Assembly (NCBI GenBank): GCA_020630575.1
Contig: JAHDBD010000016.1
Span: 1-43,154, forward strand
Reading direction: 5' to 3'
DNA length: 43,154 bases
From: Bernardetia sp.
GTDB lineage: Bacteria > Bacteroidota > Bacteroidia > Cytophagales > Bernardetiaceae
This document shows positions 1-7,441 of the stretch, in pieces; within the stretch, counting starts at the first letter, position 1, and every line of letters starts with the position of its first letter. The notes beneath the pieces are model-generated. The model saw nothing but the letters and a program-made list of their open reading frames with translations. It had not been told where the DNA came from and searched no databases. The translations under genes were made by a program, and so were the position numbers.

Positions 1-192
1 TACAAAAATAAACCGAATAAAATTTGGTTCAACTTATAAAATGCGAAAGTCCTAGTTTGTAAAAGGGAGAAAAAATACTAAAAACATATTCACAGGCAAT
101 AAACGCATTTTATTGCAATTAATTTTTAATTTATTAACTTTCACAAACTTATTTATGGAAAAAATAGATTTACTCAAATTTATAGTTTGTTT

Positions 193-651
193 TTAATCTG
201 TTTTCAGTTTATCTTCTTCTATATTACTTTGAGAACTGCCTTTTAATAAATCTCTAATTTCGGTAAGCAATAGAATATCTTTTGGCGTTGGTGCTTCTAC
301 ATTTTTTGGGTCTTCTGCTTTCTTTTTTAAGGCATTAAAAGCCTTTACAACAGCAAAAATGCAAAGAGCAATTATGAGAAATTGAATTACAATATTGATA
401 AAATTGCCGTAATTGATAGAAACAGCTTCTTCAATCACTTTTCCTGTTTCATCTAAAACAGCATTTTTAAGTACAAATTTTAGATTAGCAAAATCAATTC
501 CTCCTGTCAATATTCCGATAGGAGGCATAATAATATCATTGACAAGTGAAGTTACAATTTTCCCAAAAGCTCCTCCAATAATGACACCGACAGCCAAATC
601 AATGACATTTCCTTTGACAGCAAAATCCTTAAATTCTTTTATAAAGCCCAT
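193..651 (-). CDS. mscL: Large-conductance mechanosensitive channel MscL
   Basis: 152 aa. N-terminus [33 protein letters not shown] is the canonical MscL signature. Two TM segments and a charged C-terminal helix ([10 protein letters not shown]). Confidence 0.9.
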   Translation of the reverse strand: MGFIKEFKDFAVKGNVIDLAVGVIIGGAFGKIVTSLVNDIIMPPIGILTGGIDFANLKFVLKNAVLDETGKVIEEAVSINYGNFINIVIQFLIIALCIFAVVKAFNALKKKAEDPKNVEAPTPKDILLLTEIRDLLKGSSQSNIEEDKLKTD

Positions 652-694
652 TTTCTAAATAATTAATGTATTCGAATTATTTTTTTACATAAAA

Positions 695-727
695 AATCCG
701 AAAACTACTTTCATAATTTTCGGATTC
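695..727 (-). terminator. Rho-independent terminator downstream of the hemolysin-III gene
   Basis: 10-bp perfect stem AATCCGAAAA/TTTTCGGATT with an 11-nt loop. Followed by a U-run on the minus-strand transcript. Confidence 0.5.
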
Positions 728-774
728 AAAAATACTTTTTTTCTTTGGTTCAAAAAAGAGCTAGATCAAAATTT

Positions 775-1422
775 TTAGACATATAATCCAACAGCTAAGA
801 AATGACACAAACTTCCTCCCAAAACGAATAGATGCCAGATAGCATGATTAAAAGGCAGTCTTTCCCAAATAAAAAAGATTACACCTAATGAATAGGAAAG
901 CCCACCAATTCCGAGCAAAATAAGTCCTCCTGTGTGTAAATTTTCAAAGAAAGGTTGTATTGCCACAACAGCCATCCATCCCATAGAAACGTAAAGAATG
1001 ACAGAAAATCGTTTCCATCTTCCCAAAAAGAACATTTTATAAATAATTCCTAACAGAGCAATTCCCCATATTATACCAAAAAGCGTCCAGCCCCAAGCAC
1101 CACGCAAAGTAACGAGTGTAAAAGGAGTATAAGAACCTGCAATTAAGAGATAAATTGCCATGTGGTCTATTTTTTCAAAAAACTTTTTTAGTTTAACTGT
1201 TCTTGCTCCATGATAAAGTGTAGAGGCTGTATAAAGCAAAACAAGTGTAGTTCCGAAAATGGAAAAGCTAATTATTTTCCACATATCTTGTGCTTCACTT
1301 GCCCAATTAACAAGGAGCATAAGAGCAATAACACTTAACACAATGCCTAATCCGTGTGTAATTGTATTGGCAAGTTCTTGGTGTTTGTTGCTAAATTTTT
1401 GTAATTTTTCTAAAGTTGTCAA
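775..1422 (-). CDS. Hemolysin III / PAQR (TrhA-like) family membrane protein
   Basis: 215 aa with 7 predicted TM segments. Conserved HlyIII motifs: N-terminal NxxTHG (ANTITHGLG), SxxYH (STLYHG), C-terminal HxxxH region (HAIWHLFV). Confidence 0.8.
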   Translation of the reverse strand: MTTLEKLQKFSNKHQELANTITHGLGIVLSVIALMLLVNWASEAQDMWKIISFSIFGTTLVLLYTASTLYHGARTVKLKKFFEKIDHMAIYLLIAGSYTPFTLVTLRGAWGWTLFGIIWGIALLGIIYKMFFLGRWKRFSVILYVSMGWMAVVAIQPFFENLHTGGLILLGIGGLSYSLGVIFFIWERLPFNHAIWHLFVLGGSLCHFLAVGLYV

Positions 1423-1487
1423 GGTATTATTAAATATTTTTATTGATAAAGGGTTAATTTATTTGAGTTAAGTGTTCATTTGTTTTC

Positions 1488-2069
1488 TTAATCAACATCG
1501 AAACCAAATTGTTTGGCGTATTCGATAAGTTTTTCCTTCAAAACCCCTCTCGCTCTATGCAAACGAGAACGAACTGTTCCGATAGGAATATCCAAAATTA
1601 CAGCCATTTCTTCATACGTAAACCCTTCCAAATCGCAAAGAATAATCACAGTACGAAAATCAACAGGCAAAGAATTTAAAGCTCCTGTAACTTCGTCACC
1701 AATTTTATTTTGCATTGTCGAAGTACGTAAATCAACAGTATGATTCATTTCAGCCGTTTCTACTGAAGCCGAATTATAATAATTCTCAACATCTTGATAA
1801 TCTACTTTTGAAGGTTCTTTTGTCTTTTTTCTGTAATTATTGATAAAACTATTTTTCAAAATACGAAAAAGCCATGCCTTTGCATTTGTACCTACTTCAT
1901 ACGAACCTGCAAAACGATATGCCTTCATGTAAGCATCTTGTACCAAATCTTTGGCATCGTCTTCATCAAAGGTAAGTTTGTAAGCAAAGTTGTACATGGC
2001 ATCTGCATGAGGCATAAATTCAGTATTGAAAATATGTAATTTTTCTTTTTCTGGAAGTGATTTAGCCAT
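1488..2069 (-). CDS. ECF-type RNA polymerase sigma-70 family factor (sigma-E-like)
   Basis: 193 aa. Region 2 motifs (DLVQDAYMKAYR, AWLFRILKNSFINNYRK) and a region 4 HTH (EGFTYEEMAVILDIPIGTVRSRLHRAR). No anti-sigma gene immediately downstream. Confidence 0.85.
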   Translation of the reverse strand: MAKSLPEKEKLHIFNTEFMPHADAMYNFAYKLTFDEDDAKDLVQDAYMKAYRFAGSYEVGTNAKAWLFRILKNSFINNYRKKTKEPSKVDYQDVENYYNSASVETAEMNHTVDLRTSTMQNKIGDEVTGALNSLPVDFRTVIILCDLEGFTYEEMAVILDIPIGTVRSRLHRARGVLKEKLIEYAKQFGFDVD

Positions 2070-2232
2070 AAATTAGGAATGGTAAATTATTAATTAGGAA
2101 TGATAAATGAATACAAATACGTAAGCATCAGATTTTTAATTAGAATACTGTTTAGATTTTTTATAAAAATGAATAATTACATCTAACAATAAAACAAATT
2201 GGTAACTGATTACTACTTTACTGGTGACTGAC

Positions 2233-2832
2233 TTAGCCATTTTCAGCCACTACTTCTTTTACCTCAGGCATCATATTTTTGAAAAGATTTTCAATTCCAG
2301 CCTTCAAAGTAATTGAAGAAGATGGACACCCACTACAAGAACCTTGAAGCAAAACGCTCAACTTTCCTGTTTCTTTATCAAATTGAGAAAAAGAAATTGC
2401 TCCTCCGTCCATTTCTACAGCAGGACGAATATATTGGTCTAAAATATCTTTTATTCTTGCAATAGTTGGATCATCATTGAGTTCGACTTTTGAGTCTGGC
2501 AAATCTTCTGAAAAAACAGGCTTTTGAGCTTCAAAATAATCTTTCAAATAATTACGAAGTATAGAATTAATTTCAACCCATTCTACATTTTCAGTTTTGG
2601 TAATTGTAATAAAGTTTTTACTCAAAAATACACGTTCTACAAAATCAAATTCATTAAAAAGAGCAGCAGCTAAAGGAGAATCTGTTGTGTCTTCTTTACT
2701 TGCATAATCTTTTACTATTCCATCTGCCATGAGCATAAAGCTCATCACAAATTTCATTGAATTAGGATTTGGATTTTCTTCTACATATATATGTACGTGG
2801 GGCGCACGGTTGTTATCTGTGATTACTGCCAT
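2233..2832 (-). CDS. NifU/Nfu-type Fe-S cluster assembly protein (Nfu_N + NifU C-terminal domain)
   Basis: 199 aa. C-terminal CSGCPSS motif typical of the Nfu/NifU Fe-S scaffold C-domain. The N-terminal part resembles the Nfu N-terminal domain. Confidence 0.75.
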   Translation of the reverse strand: MAVITDNNRAPHVHIYVEENPNPNSMKFVMSFMLMADGIVKDYASKEDTTDSPLAAALFNEFDFVERVFLSKNFITITKTENVEWVEINSILRNYLKDYFEAQKPVFSEDLPDSKVELNDDPTIARIKDILDQYIRPAVEMDGGAISFSQFDKETGKLSVLLQGSCSGCPSSSITLKAGIENLFKNMMPEVKEVVAENG

Positions 2833-3119
2833 AATGATTTATAGATTAAAATTAACTGGTTACTTATTTATCGAACTATAAAAAAGCATTTGAGTTCTAT
2901 CAAAATCGCTTTTTATTTGTTTTTACTACAAAGATACCATAAAATAAAACCAAAATTAAGTATAGAAACTATAATCTATCTAAAAAACCATAAAATCGAC
3001 TTATAGTCAAATAAAATCAATTTTCCAAAACAATATACACATTTCTATGTTATATAGGTAGATTACAAATTTTATAGTAGTCTATTTTTTTTACCTCACT
3101 TTTTTGAACACTTATTTTT

Positions 3120-3569
3120 ATGGCAACTTATCAAGAAGATACTTCTTATACCTCAATGGACAGAGATTCTAAATTTGAATCTGAAGAAACGGCACAAGCA
3201 AAACTTAATCAATTGGATTCTGATGAAGTACAATCCCGACCAGCAGGTCAAGCACCTTCATTTATTATGCGTGTTATGTTAACAAGCATGGTTGTATTTT
3301 TGGTCGCTGTAGGTTTAGAAGTTTTTGTTATGCACTCTGTTATGGATAATCCAGATGTAAACTTAGCTCGTAGAATAGCTGTATTAGCTATTGGTAGTGC
3401 GCTTTTAGGTGGCGCAGTTGGAATGATCACAGGTTTTGCATACGTAATGAAGAAAGAATTCAAATTTAAAAGCGCAATGACTGTAATGGGAGTTGTACTC
3501 GTAATTTTAATGGTCGGAATCGCTATTTTGGGAGATAACCCAATTTTAAATCAATATATGACTAATTAA
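3120..3569 (+). CDS. Hypothetical small membrane protein (acidic N-terminus, 3-4 TM)
   Basis: 149 aa ORF with several hydrophobic helices (MVVFLVAVGLEVFV, IAVLAIGSALLGGAVGMITGF, VMGVVLVILMVGIAILG). Convergent with the HlyD-family gene. No recognisable family. Confidence 0.45.
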   Translation: MATYQEDTSYTSMDRDSKFESEETAQAKLNQLDSDEVQSRPAGQAPSFIMRVMLTSMVVFLVAVGLEVFVMHSVMDNPDVNLARRIAVLAIGSALLGGAVGMITGFAYVMKKEFKFKSAMTVMGVVLVILMVGIAILGDNPILNQYMTN

Positions 3570-3633
3570 TCTTAATTAGATATCTTAACTATCACAATTT
3601 GACTAACTAAAAATTATTATCATTATAAAACTG

Positions 3634-3667
3634 AAAAGCCTTTTTTCTCACGAAAAAAGGCTTTTTT
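3634..3667. terminator. Bidirectional rho-independent terminator between convergent genes
   Basis: Perfect 14-bp stem AAAAGCCTTTTTTC / GAAAAAAGGCTTTT with a 4-nt loop, flanked by A/T runs on both sides. Confidence 0.65.
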
Positions 3668-3686
3668 TGTATTATCTGTATTATTA

Positions 3687-5018
3687 TTATTCAAAGGCTT
3701 CCACGGAATAGACTGTCTGTTCCAAAAATTTATCTAGCAGACTTCTTTCCTCTAAAACTATTTCTACTGTTCCATAAATTTCATTTTTAGAATCTAAATC
3801 TACTTCGACCTTTCTGTTGGTTTGTAAACCATTGTCTAATTTTAGTTGGACAGAATATTTATTTTCTTGTGGCGCAAGGCTTATCTGTGCAACTTCTGCT
3901 TCTATCCAACCATAACGAGCAAAAGGATAGGCTTCTAATTTTATTTTTGCTTTATTGGCTTCTTTTCCCTCCTTGAGCTTAGAAATATGTTTTGAGTCTA
4001 CTTTTGTATAGGCATAAATAGCATTTTTTTGAGGAATAACAGAAATAATCTCTTTATCCATACCAACTGATTGATACAAATTAAGAGGATTAAAGAAATT
4101 AACTTTACCTTCTATCGGACTAATAATCAAATAAGAGGTTTTCCAATCTTCTAACATTTTCTTTAGAGTTGCAAAACTAGTTCGTAATTGTTGCTTATAC
4201 TTAAATGCTTGCTCTTGATAAGCAATAGAAACTTCTACAAGCTGTTGATTGAGCTGACTAACTCTCATTTGGGCATTTAGATTTGCTTCTTTATTTTGCA
4301 AAAAACTGCTCTCTTTGTTTAGAAATGCACTCTTTGTTTGTAAAAACTCTTGTTTGGCAATTGCTTCACTTTTGTACAATAATGAATCCGTAATATATTT
4401 TTGTTTGCTCAACTCATAGTCTCTTTCTTGAAGTTCATATTTTTCTTGTAAAATAACTCTTAACGAATTTTGAATTTCTATTTCTGAACGAATAGCAGCT
4501 TGTTTTTGAGCATGCGAGTTAGTTTTAGAAAATAACTGATAATCTAAAATATTATTTTTTAGTCTTTCGTAATCTAGTTGTAGATTTCCCAAATTTGTAA
4601 AGAAAGGAATTTCATTTTCCTGAAAAAAATCTACACTTTCAAATACTGAATTTTGACTAGAAAGCGTGTCTAAATAATCTTCTAACTTTTTGGCTTCTTT
4701 CCAATCTGTTGTGCTTTCCAAGACTAATAAAAGCTCATTTTCTTTTACCTCTTGACTATGTGCTGCATTTATAAAAATAATACGGCTATTAATCTTTGGA
4801 AACAAACTTGCTTTTGCTTGATTTGCATATAGTGTTACTTCTGAAGTCGATAATTCAGGGTAACGTATAAAGTGAGAAACGACAAGCATTAGAAGCAAAA
4901 CACCAAAGATGATTGTAATACCTGAACGCATAAAAAAGCCTTGTGGACTTGTCAATAATTCTTGTGTTTCTTCTGAATAAGAGCGAAAAACCTCTTCTCT
5001 TTCTATATTATCTTCCAT
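3687..5018 (-). CDS. HlyD-family secretion adaptor (membrane fusion protein) of bacteriocin/peptide export type
   Basis: 443 aa. Single N-terminal TM (ITIIFGVLLLMLVVSHFI), a long coiled-coil central region and a C-terminal beta domain. This matches the HlyD/CvaA/LcnD-like architecture. Directly downstream of the C39-like/VKOR/Trx gene. Confidence 0.7.
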   Translation of the reverse strand: MEDNIEREEVFRSYSEETQELLTSPQGFFMRSGITIIFGVLLLMLVVSHFIRYPELSTSEVTLYANQAKASLFPKINSRIIFINAAHSQEVKENELLLVLESTTDWKEAKKLEDYLDTLSSQNSVFESVDFFQENEIPFFTNLGNLQLDYERLKNNILDYQLFSKTNSHAQKQAAIRSEIEIQNSLRVILQEKYELQERDYELSKQKYITDSLLYKSEAIAKQEFLQTKSAFLNKESSFLQNKEANLNAQMRVSQLNQQLVEVSIAYQEQAFKYKQQLRTSFATLKKMLEDWKTSYLIISPIEGKVNFFNPLNLYQSVGMDKEIISVIPQKNAIYAYTKVDSKHISKLKEGKEANKAKIKLEAYPFARYGWIEAEVAQISLAPQENKYSVQLKLDNGLQTNRKVEVDLDSKNEIYGTVEIVLEERSLLDKFLEQTVYSVEAFE

Positions 5019-5083
5019 TACAAAATTTACATTATTCTTAGTAGTAGAAACTAATTAGGTACAACTTTAAACTATTTTGATAA

Positions 5084-6766
5084 TTAGTTTTCTTGCAAAG
5101 ATAGTTCTTCTTCTGGATTTTCTTCTGACTCATCCATTTCACTAGCCAAATGAACTAAAAAATACTCTAAATCAGTAACTGTATATTTTTCTGGTAATAA
5201 ATAACCATTTACAATAAAAGCAGGTGTAAAAGTAATTCCTGTCTGATTTATCCAAGTATAATGCTCTGAAATGATACTTTCTTTTTCTTTATCAGAATAA
5301 GATGTTGGAAGATTTGATAACATTTCTGAAATTTGTTTGTAATCTTCACTTGTTTGATTGGCAGTCAGATGGCACATAGTTGTAGTAAAATAATTGCCAA
5401 AATCTTCTCTCAATTTTTGTAAATCTTTCTTTGCGCTAATACAAGGTGGACAAGTAGGGCGACTAATGACAACTAAAGAAACTTTACTCTCCTCTTCTTC
5501 TTCATCTAGTTCGGCTGAAATAGTATTTCCTTCTACAAAATGGGTTGGAACTTCGCTTATATCTACTTTTTTATTTTGATGAAGAAGTGTTTTGAAAACC
5601 TCATAATCATACTTAAAAGAACGTAGATTCTTAGTTTCGTTATTAGAAGAGTTATATTTTTCAAGAACTGGTTTTAAAATATTCCAAATAAATATAGGCA
5701 ACAGGAATGAAAAAACAGCTATTGCTAAAATTGAAAAAACAGAATACAAAGTAAAAGTAGAAGATAAAATTTCATCTTGAAAGCTAAATAAATATATTCC
5801 CCCTAACACAGATTCTACAAACAAAACTGCCATTACAGAAACACAAAGCGAACACCATTCTTTAAGAACAAATTTCTGATAATATAAAGACACAACAACA
5901 GCAAAAATACCCAAAACAGAAATTAAACTTTGAAAAATAAATCCCCAAGAATTACCAATCAGTAAAAATAAAAATGCCCCAAAGAAATAATAAACTCCTA
6001 ATTCAGAAAAGGTAAACCATTTTTTGATTGAATCTATTTTACTGGTATTTTCTTGTTTTATGTCAGCACAAGAAGATGATTTTCCGAAGGCAGTACAGGC
6101 TTTTTTGAAAACTGCGTTATTTTTAAAAATTTCTCCAGAAAGTAAGATAGCACTGATTACAAATCCTATAGTATGTAAAATATAAAAGGAAACTTCAAGG
6201 ATAGACTTTGTGACTTGTTGATTTGTAGTAAAAAAAGTTTTTCCAACTAAAAATAAAAAAGAAATACCTACTAAAACTTGAATGGTATTTTTTATAGTGT
6301 CAGAAAACTGTTGGTTCTTTTGTGCTTTTTTGTGAGCAGAGTAATTTGGTTCTGCTGCATTTTCATTTTTATCTAATAACAGTGTATAACCTGTCCATGA
6401 TTTTTCAAATTCTTCTATTTCAACTATCTGTTTCTCTGAATTGACATTAATCAAGACTACTTCATTGTCTCTAACTTCGTCTAAAATAGAATAATCCGTG
6501 TGTGTTCTTCCATTTTCATCATTATGAGAAGCCAAAACAAGAGCAGGCAAAAGAATTTCTGATAAATGCTCTTTTCCAATCTGAACAGCTAAAGACTCTA
6601 TTTTATAATGTGCTAAGAGTGTAGTAAGATCACTTAATGTTTGAGCATCATTATATTTTGCTGTCAGTTTTTGTAGATAAGTGAAAGTATAAGAAATTTC
6701 AAATTTATCTAATAAAATACTTACGATAGTTTTCATATTATATCTATTTTCTTTTAAAGTTACCAA
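5084..6766 (-). CDS. Tri-domain protein: N-terminal peptidase C39-like domain (no catalytic Cys) + VKOR membrane domain + C-terminal thioredoxin-like CPPC domain
   Basis: 560 aa. N-terminal ~150 aa align with the C39 domain of ComA/PCAT proteins (LPALVLASH...THTDYSILDEV..., conserved WTG motif) but contain no cysteine. The central region has 5-6 TM helices with the VKOR loop Cys pair (CTAFGKSSSC) and a CXXC at the start of a TM helix (CSLC). The C-terminus has a thioredoxin fold with CPPC (VVISRPTCPPCISAKKDL). Confidence 0.8.
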   Translation of the reverse strand: MVTLKENRYNMKTIVSILLDKFEISYTFTYLQKLTAKYNDAQTLSDLTTLLAHYKIESLAVQIGKEHLSEILLPALVLASHNDENGRTHTDYSILDEVRDNEVVLINVNSEKQIVEIEEFEKSWTGYTLLLDKNENAAEPNYSAHKKAQKNQQFSDTIKNTIQVLVGISFLFLVGKTFFTTNQQVTKSILEVSFYILHTIGFVISAILLSGEIFKNNAVFKKACTAFGKSSSCADIKQENTSKIDSIKKWFTFSELGVYYFFGAFLFLLIGNSWGFIFQSLISVLGIFAVVVSLYYQKFVLKEWCSLCVSVMAVLFVESVLGGIYLFSFQDEILSSTFTLYSVFSILAIAVFSFLLPIFIWNILKPVLEKYNSSNNETKNLRSFKYDYEVFKTLLHQNKKVDISEVPTHFVEGNTISAELDEEEEESKVSLVVISRPTCPPCISAKKDLQKLREDFGNYFTTTMCHLTANQTSEDYKQISEMLSNLPTSYSDKEKESIISEHYTWINQTGITFTPAFIVNGYLLPEKYTVTDLEYFLVHLASEMDESEENPEEELSLQEN

Positions 6767-6771
6767 AAAAA

Positions 6772-6817
6772 TAGCGATAGAGTCTTTTGAATATCATCAA
6801 AACTTATTCTATCGCTA
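6772..6817 (-). promoter_or_regulatory. Intercistronic stem-loop between the precursor-peptide gene and the C39-like/VKOR gene
   Basis: Inverted repeat TAGCGATAGAGTCTTTTGA ... TCAAAACTTATTCTATCGCTA forms a 10-bp plus 6-bp stem. It lies in the 78-bp gap between the peptide stop (6845) and the next start (6766). Confidence 0.4.
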
Positions 6818-6844
6818 GATTTTATCAATTACTTCACATTTTGA

Positions 6845-7009
6845 TTCTTATACGTTACAATACTCAGGGAATTGATTTGGGTTACACATAATGTAAGGAG
6901 GACAACAACATTCAGGTAATGTGTTGCATCTGAAACTACCACCATTTACTTTAGTTGCTTTTTCTTGAGAGATAGCAAATTTTCCAAATTTCTTTTTCAA
7001 AGATTTCAT
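6845..7009 (-). CDS. Unannotated 54-aa precursor peptide with double-glycine leader and a 6-Cys core (bacteriocin/RiPP-like)
   Basis: Manual translation gives MKSLKKKFGKFAISQEKATKVNGG | SFRCNTLPECCCPPYIMCNPNQFPEYCNV*. Below the 60-aa ORF-track cutoff. The leader ends in GG. The 5'UTR and leader are paralogous to the ORF at 9998..10192. Confidence 0.6.
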
Positions 7010-7293
7010 AAAAATTGAATTTAATAGGTATAATTAAAATAATTTATCAAGATTACTTACTTATACATTTTTAATAATTACCAAGTAAGTTTGACACTGT
7101 AAATATCAATAAAAACAAAGCAAATTTCCAAATAAAAATTACATTTATTTTTACTAAAATATTAAACAACTGAATTACAGACATTTACAAAGTGTTAATT
7201 TTTAAAAACACAAATTATTTGATATTGTAATTAAAACCCAATATGTTTCTATTTTTAAAACGCTATAATTTATGATAATTCTTTCTTTTTAAT

Positions 7294-7389
7294 CTAAATA
7301 GCTAAAGACTCTACTTTATAGTATGTAAAAAGTAATACAATATTACTTAAAGTTTGAGCTTGATTGGATTTTTTAATAAGCTTTGACAA
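7294..7389 (-). pseudogene. Truncated remnant of a second C39-like/VKOR gene (N-terminal domain fragment)
   Basis: The minus-strand translation ...KLIKKSNQAQTLSNIVLLFTYYKVESLAI* aligns with residues ~32-61 (KLTAKYNDAQTLSDLTTLLAHYKIESLAVQ) of the 5084..6766 protein. There is ~75% nucleotide identity to 6580..6665. No start codon and a premature stop. Confidence 0.45.
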
Positions 7390-7393
7390 AATT

Positions 7394-7433
7394 AGGCGTC
7401 TATAAGACGCCTAATTTGTCTAATAAAAATGTA
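7394..7433 (-). terminator. Terminator hairpin plus conserved 24-bp 3'UTR element downstream of the 473-aa thioredoxin-domain gene
   Basis: Hairpin AGGCGTC-TATAA-GACGCCT. It is followed by GCCTAATTTGTCTAATAAAAATGT, which is near-identical to 9186..9209. Confidence 0.5.
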
Positions 7434-7441
7434 CTTTTATT

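Noticed and set aside
5084-5540. Catalytically active C39 bacteriocin-processing peptidase
   Set aside because: The N-terminal 150 aa contain no cysteine at all, so a Cys/His protease mechanism is impossible. The domain is called C39-like (non-catalytic) instead.
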